Of a stretch of 64,000 nt of DNA, positions 50,050 to 58,324 are shown one piece after another. The stretch lies in contig JAFGSW010000039.1 of the NCBI GenBank assembly GCA_016934415.1, positions 4,224 through 68,223 on the forward strand, read 5' to 3'. Position 1 is the first letter of the stretch, and each line of letters opens with the position of its first letter. The DNA is from Spirochaetales bacterium. GTDB taxonomy: Bacteria; Spirochaetota; Spirochaetia; SZUA-6; RPPD01. Both the position numbers and the translations under genes were made by a program. The notes beneath the pieces are model-generated. The model ran no database searches and had not been told where the DNA came from. It saw only the letters and a list, made by a program, of their open reading frames with translations.

Positions 50050-52047
50050 ATCGACTTCAAAGTAACGGCCGATTTCGACGTTGCCGGAGACCAGGGCCAG
50101 GCGATCGACAAGCTCGCGGCGGGCGTCGCGTCCGGGGAACGCTTCCAGACCCTGAAGGGCGTGACGGGTTCGGGCAAGACGTTCACCATGGCCAAGATCA
50201 TCGAACGGCTGAACCGGCCCACGCTCGTCATCTCCCACAACAAGACGCTTGCCGCCCAGCTCTATCGGGAATTCCGGGATTTTTTCCCGAACAACGCTGT
50301 CGAGTACTTCGTCTCGTACTACGACTATTACCAGCCCGAGGCCTACGTGGCCAAGCACGACCTCTACATTGAAAAGGACGCCTCCATCAACCAGGAGATC
50401 GACCGTCTCCGCCTCTCCGCGGCCGCCTCGCTCATGGAGCGCAGCGACGTCATCGTGGTGGCCACGGTCTCCTGCATCTACGGCCTGGGCAATCCCGAGG
50501 ACTACAAGGGCATGCGGATCGAGCTTAAAAAGGGCGGGGATGACGGCCCGCGTCGGCTTGCCTCCCGGCTGGTCGCCCTCCAGTACGAGCGGAACGACGC
50601 GGTCCTGGAGCGCGGCCGCTTCCGGGTGCGCGGCGACGTGGTGGAGATCGGCCTGGCCTCGGTCAAGGCGGCCCTGCGCATCGAGTTCTTCGGCGACGAG
50701 ATCGAGCGCATCCGGCTCGTCGATCCCCTCACCCTGGAGACCCTCGAGGAGCGCGAGCGGACTTTCGTCTACCCGGCCAAGTACTTCGTCATGCCGCACG
50801 AGCGGGTGGAGCGGGCGATCGAGAAGATCCGATCCGAGCTCGACGCGCGCTACCGCGAGCTCCTGGACGCCAAGAAGCTCGTCGAGGCCGAGCGGCTGAA
50901 GACGCGCACCGAGTACGACCTCGAGATGCTCTCGGAGATGGGCTACTGTCCCGGCATCGAGAACTACTCGCGCCACCTCTCGGGGCGCGAGGCGGGCGAG
51001 CGGCCGTGGGTACTCATCGACTTCTTCCCCGACCCCTTTCTCACCTTCATCGACGAGTCGCACGTCACCCTGCCGCAGATCGGGGGCATGTACGAGGGCG
51101 ACCGCTCGCGCAAGACCTCGCTTGTCGAATACGGCTTCCGCCTGCCCTCGGCGCTCGACAACCGGCCGCTCGTATTCAAGGAGTTCGAGGGCCTGCTCGA
51201 TTCCGTCGTCTACGTGAGCGCCACGCCGCAGGCCTTCGAGCTCGGGAAATCATCGCGCGTGGTCGAGCAGCTCATCCGGCCCACCGGCCTCCTCGATCCC
51301 GCGGTCGAGGTGCGTCCGACCGCGGGCCAGATCGACGACATCTACAAGGAGATTACGCTCCGGGTGGAGCGGGGCGAACGGAGCCTGGTCACCACGCTCA
51401 CCAAGAAGATGGCCGAGGAGCTCACCGACTACCTGGCCGACCTGGGGCTCAAGGTCCGCTACCTCCACTCGGAGATCGAGACGATCGAGCGGGTGGAGAT
51501 CCTGAAAGCCTTGAGGGCCGGCGAGTGCGACGTGGTGGTCGGCATCAATCTCCTCCGCGAGGGACTCGACCTGCCCGAGGTGTCGTTCATCGCCATCCTG
51601 GACGCGGACAAGATCGGCTTCCTGCGCTCCACCACCTCGCTCGTCCAGATCATCGGGCGGGCGGCGCGCAACGTGAACGGCACGGTCGTCATGTACGCCG
51701 ACCGCGCGAGCGACGCCATGAAGGAGGCCATCGCGGAGACCGAGCGGCGCCGCGCCGTGCAGGCGGCCTACAACGAGGAGCACCACATCACCCCGGTCAC
51801 CATCACCAAGGCCGTGCACGACATCCTCGAGCGCAGGATCAAGGAGAAAGAGGAGAGCGAGCGGGTGGAGATCGAGGTGCTCAAGAAGAGCTACAACCTG
51901 CTTGTGCCGCGCGAGCGCAAGGCCTACCTCCGCAAGCTCGAGGAGGAGATGCTCGAGATGGCGAAGAACCTGGAATTCGAGCGCGCCGCGGCGTTGCGCG
52001 ACGAGATCAAGGCGGTCAACGAGATGTTTCAGCCTGACTCCGGGTAG
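50050..52047 (+). CDS. uvrB: Excinuclease ABC subunit B; N-terminus extends upstream of the ORF-track GTG to an ATC codon
   Basis: GDQ.QAI, GVTGSGKT, HNKTLAAQL, YYDYYQPEAY, DESH, GINLLREGLD, C-terminal UVR motif. Confidence 0.95.
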   Translation: MDFKVTADFDVAGDQGQAIDKLAAGVASGERFQTLKGVTGSGKTFTMAKIIERLNRPTLVISHNKTLAAQLYREFRDFFPNNAVEYFVSYYDYYQPEAYVAKHDLYIEKDASINQEIDRLRLSAAASLMERSDVIVVATVSCIYGLGNPEDYKGMRIELKKGGDDGPRRLASRLVALQYERNDAVLERGRFRVRGDVVEIGLASVKAALRIEFFGDEIERIRLVDPLTLETLEERERTFVYPAKYFVMPHERVERAIEKIRSELDARYRELLDAKKLVEAERLKTRTEYDLEMLSEMGYCPGIENYSRHLSGREAGERPWVLIDFFPDPFLTFIDESHVTLPQIGGMYEGDRSRKTSLVEYGFRLPSALDNRPLVFKEFEGLLDSVVYVSATPQAFELGKSSRVVEQLIRPTGLLDPAVEVRPTAGQIDDIYKEITLRVERGERSLVTTLTKKMAEELTDYLADLGLKVRYLHSEIETIERVEILKALRAGECDVVVGINLLREGLDLPEVSFIAILDADKIGFLRSTTSLVQIIGRAARNVNGTVVMYADRASDAMKEAIAETERRRAVQAAYNEEHHITPVTITKAVHDILERRIKEKEESERVEIEVLKKSYNLLVPRERKAYLRKLEEEMLEMAKNLEFERAAALRDEIKAVNEMFQPDSG

Positions 52048-52078
52048 GATCAACTCCCCGGGGAATTTATCAGGAGAC

Positions 52079-52202
52079 TATGAAGGACAGGAAACCAGGA
52101 AAAGAGGGGGAAAAAAAGAAAGAGAGAGAAGGGGAAACAGATTTTCTTTTACTTTTTATCTCTTTCTCTTTTCCGGTTTCCTTTCCTCCTGGCTTCCTCA
52201 TA
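52079..52202. repeat. Inverted-repeat element, GGAAACCA type
   Basis: TATGAAGGACAGGAAACCAGGAAAAG ... CTTTTCCGGTTTCC..CCTGGCTTCCTCATA. Confidence 0.72.
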
Positions 52203-52240
52203 AAATCTTTCCAATTGAGTGGAATGGACGAAGATTATAG

Positions 52241-52660
52241 ATGAGAGGATTTATGACTACAAAGAAAAGCCGTATGTCTATAGGGTGCCTTGCCGCTTTG
52301 GCGATCGCCGTATTCCTGGCTTCAAGCTGCGGGGGGAACGGGAAGGACACGACCATCGAGCTTCCGGGCGAGCGGGTCATGCGGCTCGGGTACGGGTGGG
52401 GGGTGGTGCTCCTCAATTACGTCCGCATCCGGGCCACGCCGGCCGCGGACGGGATCGAGGTCACGGCCCTGGCCAGGTACGCCGTGGTGCGGGTGATCGA
52501 CAAGGGCCGGCGCGAAACGACCAAGACCGGCGCCGATTTCTGGTACCAGGTGGAAGCGGGCTCGAACCGGGGCTGGCTCTTCGGCTCGTACCTGAAGGTG
52601 TTCCACGACCGGGACGAGGCGGTGCAGGCGGCCGCCGAGCTCAAGGCTGAGAAGCGGTGA
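52241..52660 (+). CDS. Lipoprotein with bacterial SH3 domain
   Basis: Lipobox LASSC; VRIRATP...WYQV...GWLFG. Confidence 0.75.
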   Translation: MRGFMTTKKSRMSIGCLAALAIAVFLASSCGGNGKDTTIELPGERVMRLGYGWGVVLLNYVRIRATPAADGIEVTALARYAVVRVIDKGRRETTKTGADFWYQVEAGSNRGWLFGSYLKVFHDRDEAVQAAAELKAEKR

Positions 52661-54222
52661 CCGGCCAACTTTCCGTCCTTTTCAGCTGGCTGGCTCCGCC
52701 CGTCCTCGGCGCGGTCATCGGTTTCGTCACCAACGACATCGCCGTCCGCATGCTCTTCCGGCCCTTCCGGGAGAAGCGCATCTTCGGCATCCGCGTCCCG
52801 TTCACGCCCGGCATCATTCCCAAGCAGCGGCGGAAGCTGGCTTCGAGCATCGGGCGCATGGTCTCCGACGAGCTTCTCACCGAGGACGCGGTGCGCGCCC
52901 AGATCGGCACCCCGAAGGTCTGGGAGGCGATCCGGGAGAACGTGGCGGGGATCACGAGCTCGATCCTCGACACGCGCCTCGACACGCTCCGCGAACAGCG
53001 CCTGCCGCTCTTCCAGGCCACCCTCCCGGAGATTGTCAACGGCTTCTTAAAGTCGTTTCTCCAGAGCCCGCTCTTCCTCACGGCCCTGAAGAGCGTCCTG
53101 GAGACTTTCCTCGATTCGGTGGCGGGCCGGCCCGTGCGGGAGCTCATCGAGGAGCTCAAGCTCCGTCCCTTCCTGGAGGAGAAGCTCCGGTCGATCGTCG
53201 AGGACGACCGGCTCAAGGAGAAACTCAAGACAAGCGTCGCCGCCTGGGCGCGCCGCAAGGCGGGCGGGAAGGAATCGCTTTCCGGAATCCTGCCCGAGGG
53301 CCTCACGGGCACGCTCACCGGGCTCTTCCGCTCGCTCTATCCTTTCCTCCTGTCGAGCCTCAGGGCCTGGCTCGCCGCGCCCGAGGTGCGGCATAACCTG
53401 GAGACGCGGGGCAAGCTTCTGCTGGACGACATCCTCTCCAAGCTCAACATCTTCCAGCGCTTCTTCCTGTCGGTCGGGCAGTACGACCGCACCTTGAGCG
53501 ACCGGATGCCCGGCATCGTGGACGATTTCATCAACCGGGTGAGCGGGGCGATCGAGTCCGAAAAGGACCGCGAGGAGATCGTGCAGGCCTTCGCGCGCGC
53601 CCTGGACGACTGGGCCGCCAAGGGGCTGGGGGACATCGTCGGGAAGGACGAGAAGGACCTTGATGGGAAAATCTCCGGCCTCGTGGACGGCCTGTTTTCC
53701 TTTCTGCGCCGGGAGGAGCTCGGCACAAAGCTGGCGGACGCCGCCGGCGCCTACCTCGCCTCGCGCGAGGAGGAGAGCCTCGAGTCCCTGGCCGGCTCGC
53801 TCCTCGGCCTGAAGACGTCCCAGGTGGCCGAGTACATTGTCGGCCGCTTCACCGACGAGCGGTTCGCCGCCGGAGCCGCGGAGCGCGTCACCGCCTTCGC
53901 CGTCGACTTCTTCAAGACCCGGGGCGCGCTCACCGTGGGAGAGCTCCTGGGCGCGGACCCTGTGAACAAGGCCGAGTTCGACAAGCGCGCCGCCGCCGCC
54001 CTGAACGGCGTCCTCGGCCAAAAGCTCCCCGAGGCCCTCAAGAGCCTCGACCTCCGAGGCCTCGTGGAGAACAAGATCAACGGTCTCGACATCGAGGAGG
54101 TCGAGGGCCTCCTCCTCATGGTCATCGCCCGCCAGCTCAAGTGGATCAACGTCTTCGGCGCGATCCTGGGCGGGCTCATCGGCCTCCTCCAGGTCCTCCT
54201 CCGCGCGCTGGGCGTGTGGTAG
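52657..54222 (+). CDS. DUF445 family membrane protein
   Basis: GAVIGFVTNDIAVRMLFRP, PGIIPK, QLKWINVFGAILGGLIG. Confidence 0.88.
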   Translation: MTGQLSVLFSWLAPPVLGAVIGFVTNDIAVRMLFRPFREKRIFGIRVPFTPGIIPKQRRKLASSIGRMVSDELLTEDAVRAQIGTPKVWEAIRENVAGITSSILDTRLDTLREQRLPLFQATLPEIVNGFLKSFLQSPLFLTALKSVLETFLDSVAGRPVRELIEELKLRPFLEEKLRSIVEDDRLKEKLKTSVAAWARRKAGGKESLSGILPEGLTGTLTGLFRSLYPFLLSSLRAWLAAPEVRHNLETRGKLLLDDILSKLNIFQRFFLSVGQYDRTLSDRMPGIVDDFINRVSGAIESEKDREEIVQAFARALDDWAAKGLGDIVGKDEKDLDGKISGLVDGLFSFLRREELGTKLADAAGAYLASREEESLESLAGSLLGLKTSQVAEYIVGRFTDERFAAGAAERVTAFAVDFFKTRGALTVGELLGADPVNKAEFDKRAAAALNGVLGQKLPEALKSLDLRGLVENKINGLDIEEVEGLLLMVIARQLKWINVFGAILGGLIGLLQVLLRALGVW

Positions 54223-55066
54223 GAGATGGGGGAAGATGAGGGAGATGGGGAGGGGAAGAAGACATGAATGACGTGAATTAAACATTTCCAATGATTCTGG
54301 GATAGATTTTAGCCCAATATATGTCGGATGTTATTTCTTTCTCAGTTGGTATCGCTCTCTTCAATGTCCGTTGTTCTATAATGCGTTCCATTTCCTTTCT
54401 CAATTTATCAGGGTCCCTTTTACCCAATTCAAATAAAGACATAATGCCGACGTGCATGAATAGATCGGCCTTTATTTCCTTAATTCCGGGTTTTCTGAAT
54501 AAATCAGCCAAAGCGAGAATTTTATGAAAGGTGTTCTTCGGAATTTCAGTTCTCCGTTGCAGCGAAAGCGATTTTTCTTTTGTTGAACAAGAGAGCAAGA
54601 GCTCTCCGTTTGTTTTAATGCCGTTTACTTTCAGTTTCTCGATATGCTTTTTATCAACACCGATAATTATTTTCAATTGATACGGTTTATATTTGTGAAA
54701 TTGCAATAATTGAAATAATAGCCTTACATAAGTCATATCAACCTTCGTTTTTTTTATAAGGTGATGTAAGTCATTATCATTCTGCATTACCAAGAATAAA
54801 TCATTTGAGTCTTTGATACTATTCAATGGAAGTACCGTACAAATATTCTTCAAATTTTCAATTGAATTCCAATATGATCGGGTTAATGTTTTCTCTCCCA
54901 ATACGCTGAAAAGATCGTTTATCTTTATATTGTTTAGTTCTTTATTGTTCACATCGGTCTCCACTTATGGGAATTGCTTTCACCGCTTATACAAATATCC
55001 TGACCTCTCTGATTTTTTCCCTCCTCTCCATCTTCCCCATCTTCTTAATCTTCCCCATCCGTAGTT
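54221..55066. mobile_element. Putative cargo-carrying bipartite element (unit 1) enclosing the DUF4332 gene
   Basis: Left GGAGATGGGGGAAGATGAGGGAGATGGG; right CCATCTTCCCCATCTTCTTAATCTTCCCCATCCGTAGTT; mobility is inferred. Confidence 0.5.
54278..54964 (-). CDS. DUF4332-domain protein (AT-rich gene)
   Basis: I.GV..KL...GI.T..LL, LADLFR.PGI, GI.S..EL, IPT...I..W.. pattern. Confidence 0.7.
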   Translation of the reverse strand: METDVNNKELNNIKINDLFSVLGEKTLTRSYWNSIENLKNICTVLPLNSIKDSNDLFLVMQNDNDLHHLIKKTKVDMTYVRLLFQLLQFHKYKPYQLKIIIGVDKKHIEKLKVNGIKTNGELLLSCSTKEKSLSLQRRTEIPKNTFHKILALADLFRKPGIKEIKADLFMHVGIMSLFELGKRDPDKLRKEMERIIEQRTLKRAIPTEKEITSDIYWAKIYPRIIGNV

Positions 55067-55115
55067 CCCTCACCTCCTCATTTTCTTCATCCGCAGTTTC
55101 TCTCACCCGGGCCCG

Positions 55116-56057
55116 CTATTTCTTCATGCCGCCGAGGAGCTCCATGAGCTCGCCGCGGGTGCGGATCTCCATTTTTTGGAAAATGTGGTGGACGTGGCTC
55201 TTCACGGTCGGGATGGAGATGAAGAGCCGGGAGCCGATTTCGCGGTAGCTCCGGCGCCCGATGAGATACTCCGCCACCTCGATTTCGCGTTCGGTGAGGC
55301 CGCGTTGCCGGAAGAGGGTCCGGTCGACCGGCGCCTCCGCGACGGGATGCGCCTGGATGAGCACGAGGAGCAGAAAGCGGAATGTGAGCACGCTCGTGAC
55401 GCACAGCAGATAATAGATGACGGGCCAATTGACGCCGAAGAGTGCGGACAGGATATTCATCCCCCAGACGCCTTCCTCGATCGCGATGAGCGGGGCGAAG
55501 GCGAAAAAAACGACGACGGTGACGATGAGGGTGCTTTTGAGATTGCGGTTGACGATTCTTTTCAGGTAGCGGACCGTGATATAGGCCAGGACCACCAGCT
55601 GCACGCCCTTGAGAAGGCCGAGCCCCAGCTCGAGCCGCCGCCACTCTTCCCCGTCGACGGCGACGGCGAAGAGGAAGAAGAAAAGGATCGAGAACGAGAT
55701 AAAGAAATGAGCGATCCTTTTTTTCATGGTGAAGCGGACCTGCATGAGCCCGTAGAAGGACCGCTGCAGAAGGAAGAGCACGCAGGATTTCACGGCGTAG
55801 AGCGCGATGAGCCAGACGATTTCCGGCGTCGGACCCAGGGTGACGCCGGCGATCGTCATATAGACGACCACGGCGTAGAGCAGGACCATGAGGAAATTGC
55901 CGAGACTGACCAGGGCGAGGTGGCGATAGGTTGAGTCCCCGGTCCGGCGGAACAGGATGAACGCCATGAGCACCGAGCTCAGGCTCAACACGAAACTGGC
56001 GATGCTCACGAAATACGTGACGTGGATCACGGTCCCTCCGGTCGAGGGCGGCGGCAC
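55116..56057 (-). CDS. Membrane-embedded LuxR-family regulator
   Basis: Multi-TM N-terminus; LTEREIEV...EIGSRLFISIPTVKSHVHHIFQKM; start uncertain. Confidence 0.85.
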   Translation of the reverse strand: MPPPSTGGTVIHVTYFVSIASFVLSLSSVLMAFILFRRTGDSTYRHLALVSLGNFLMVLLYAVVVYMTIAGVTLGPTPEIVWLIALYAVKSCVLFLLQRSFYGLMQVRFTMKKRIAHFFISFSILFFFLFAVAVDGEEWRRLELGLGLLKGVQLVVLAYITVRYLKRIVNRNLKSTLIVTVVVFFAFAPLIAIEEGVWGMNILSALFGVNWPVIYYLLCVTSVLTFRFLLLVLIQAHPVAEAPVDRTLFRQRGLTEREIEVAEYLIGRRSYREIGSRLFISIPTVKSHVHHIFQKMEIRTRGELMELLGGMKK

Positions 56058-56163
56058 GCCGCGAAGCTGCGGAAAATCGAGGAGAAAGCGGAGTGGGACG
56101 CTTCATGGCCTCAAGACCCGGTACGCCTCATTTTATCCCGAACGGGGGAGCGTGTCCAGATTT

Positions 56164-56351
56164 CCGGATGGGGGAAGATGAGGAATTCCGGGAGGAAAAG
56201 AGTGTTTCTCTTCCGATAACCGAAACTCATGCTTTCAGCGCAATTTATCCGACCCGATCCGCTGATTTCCCCTTTCCGCTTCCATCTATAATGCATGACC
56301 GTGTATACAAATGCACTCTATGGCGGGCGGGACGCCCGCCATGCCGTAGTT
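56164..56351. repeat. Bipartite element unit 2 (empty, 188 bp) containing the 82-bp conserved block with a REP-like hairpin
   Basis: CCGGATGGGGGAAGATGAGG ... ATGGCGGGCGGGACGCCCGCCAT GCCGTAGTT; 56261-56342 matches 59835-59916 at 72/82. Confidence 0.75.
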
Positions 56352-56375
56352 TCCCGCAGCCCGGCCGAACGGCGG

Positions 56376-57506
56376 TTATTTTTCGATCCCCTCTTCCTCT
56401 TTTTGAATCTGATGGGCCGTCCAGTAATAGCCGTATTCCTGCCACACTTTCACTCTGTTGCGGTGTTCTCCCTTTTCCTGAAATTCAACGACCCAGTATC
56501 CCCCCGGGCCTTTCCGGAGAACGCCCGGCCCTTTCAGGAAAGGAGACCAGCAGGGAAACTTACTTTCTTCCTTGACCTTGTTCACTTCCCAGGCCGCGAT
56601 CAATTGGTTGTCCGCCTTGCCGTCCGGGAGTGTGAAATCGCCCTGCACCTCAAGATGGATTTTCGCCCCCTCGTAATCGTTGAGTTTCTGCTTCTCGACC
56701 CGCCCCCGGATTTTAATGTGGCGCAGCTCCGGTCCGTTTTTGAGATGCGGGGCGTCGTACTGCAGGCCGCTCGTCATTTTGCGTTTGGTGAAATAATCGA
56801 TCGGTCCGCTCGCCATTTTCGCGCTGGGGACGCCGGGGACGAACGCGCTGATCATTCCCCGGATCTCGGAGACCAGCTCGTCGAGGCCTTCGGTATTCCG
56901 GTCCAGGTCGTATTCAATGGTGCCTTCGCCCTCGATCTCGTCCTTTTCATTTATGTAGAGGAAAAATTTGGTCGCGTGCTTGACCGTCAGGGTGAGGTTT
57001 CGATTGCGAAATCGGACTTCCTCGCCGGCTCCCCCTCCGATCCAATTGCCCCTGAGGGAAGCGGCGGATTCGGACGGGCCGCCTTTTTTATCGCCCTGCC
57101 GATCGTCCGGCGGATTTTCACCCTGCCGGTTCCCCTGCGCGGGGGGGCTTTGGATGGAGAAATACCCGTCTGAAAAATCCGAGGCGGAGCCCCGTACGAT
57201 TTTTATGCGGTAATCGTCTCCGGCCGGCAGATCCGACGACACCTTCCAGAGAAAAACGCCGGAGGAGGCGTCCACGGTCCCGATTTTTTTCTTCAGGGCG
57301 GAACCCTTGAACAGCTCTATCCCGACCTGCCCTGAAAGGCTTCCCCCCCAGGCGACGGTTTGCAGCGATCCTTTATACCAGATCTCTCCGCCGTTCGGCT
57401 GCAGGATTTCCGGCGAGGCCCCTTCGGACTGGCCGTACATCGTCCCGCCCGACGCGAAGAGCGCCGCCGCCAATAAGACGGCGTGGGTAATTTTCACTCT
57501 CATCAC
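56376..57506 (-). CDS. Secreted protein with N-terminal Ig-like (Kre9/GPI-anchored-type) domain and unknown C-terminal domain
   Basis: Signal peptide; PNGGE.W..G...W...I.L.KG...W.V...DYRIKI...SDGYFSI. Confidence 0.7.
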   Translation of the reverse strand: MMRVKITHAVLLAAALFASGGTMYGQSEGASPEILQPNGGEIWYKGSLQTVAWGGSLSGQVGIELFKGSALKKKIGTVDASSGVFLWKVSSDLPAGDDYRIKIVRGSASDFSDGYFSIQSPPAQGNRQGENPPDDRQGDKKGGPSESAASLRGNWIGGGAGEEVRFRNRNLTLTVKHATKFFLYINEKDEIEGEGTIEYDLDRNTEGLDELVSEIRGMISAFVPGVPSAKMASGPIDYFTKRKMTSGLQYDAPHLKNGPELRHIKIRGRVEKQKLNDYEGAKIHLEVQGDFTLPDGKADNQLIAAWEVNKVKEESKFPCWSPFLKGPGVLRKGPGGYWVVEFQEKGEHRNRVKVWQEYGYYWTAHQIQKEEEGIEK

Positions 57507-57577
57507 ATCCCCCTTTTTTCAATATGAGCGGGCGCTCCGCGTTCGCGGCTCCGCTCCGGTTGCTTTGTATTCGCGCC

Positions 57578-58102
57578 CTACTTGTTGGCTTCTTCCACGG
57601 CTTTTATGAGTTTGTCTTGATTGGCCAGGATAAGCTGTTTCTCCCCTTCGCTGACTCCCGCGTCCTTAAAGAGCTCTTCATACTGGTCCGCGATCATCTT
57701 TTTCATGTGCGCCGATTGCCCTTTCATGTTTTGCGAAGCGACCAACCACGGAACGAGGGTCCATATTTTGGCGTGTACGTCCATGAACAATTCCGGATCG
57801 TCCCAGCCGTGCGCCTGCAGCAGAGCGACCAACTCGCCGCCCCCCAGCTGGGCCGCGCCGATCGTGTTGACGTTGTCCCCGATGTCCTTCGCCTTGTGCG
57901 CGAAGGGGGGCAGGGTCTCCAGGTATCTGTCCAGGAGCTCCTGGGTGAGGGTGACGGCGCCGGCCTGGGACTGATCGGCGGAATTTTCTTCGCCGTTCAT
58001 TGTGTCGTGCGTCCGGGTTTCATCGGCGTCGCTTCGTTTGGCGCAGGCGCTGTAGGCGAATACGAGGAGAATAACGGCAATCCGGAAAAAATGCTTTTTC
58101 AT
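57578..58102 (-). CDS. Hypothetical lipoprotein
   Basis: MKKHFFRIAVILLVFAYSAC lipobox; RBS GGAGG. Confidence 0.7.
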   Translation of the reverse strand: MKKHFFRIAVILLVFAYSACAKRSDADETRTHDTMNGEENSADQSQAGAVTLTQELLDRYLETLPPFAHKAKDIGDNVNTIGAAQLGGGELVALLQAHGWDDPELFMDVHAKIWTLVPWLVASQNMKGQSAHMKKMIADQYEELFKDAGVSEGEKQLILANQDKLIKAVEEANK

Positions 58103-58295
58103 GAGACCTCCCTTCGGCAAAAAAGAAATAAAAGAAAGAAGCACCGGCCGCCCGACATCAGGCGCGTTCCCGGGAGGAAGCATATCCCGCGCCGACGGTC
58201 TCATGGCCCCATCTTTTTTCGCGTAAAAGTATAACACCGGCGCGGATGTTCAACAAGCGGGCGCCCGGGGGGGGTAGATGAGGGAAGATCAGGCG

Positions 58296-58324
58296 GTTTT
58301 GCCGAGCTTGCTCGGCAAAACTAC
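58296..58324 (-). repeat. GTAG-type REP hairpin abutting an element left terminus
   Basis: Minus strand GTAG-TTTTGCCGAGC-AA-GCTCGGCAAAAC. Confidence 0.65.
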
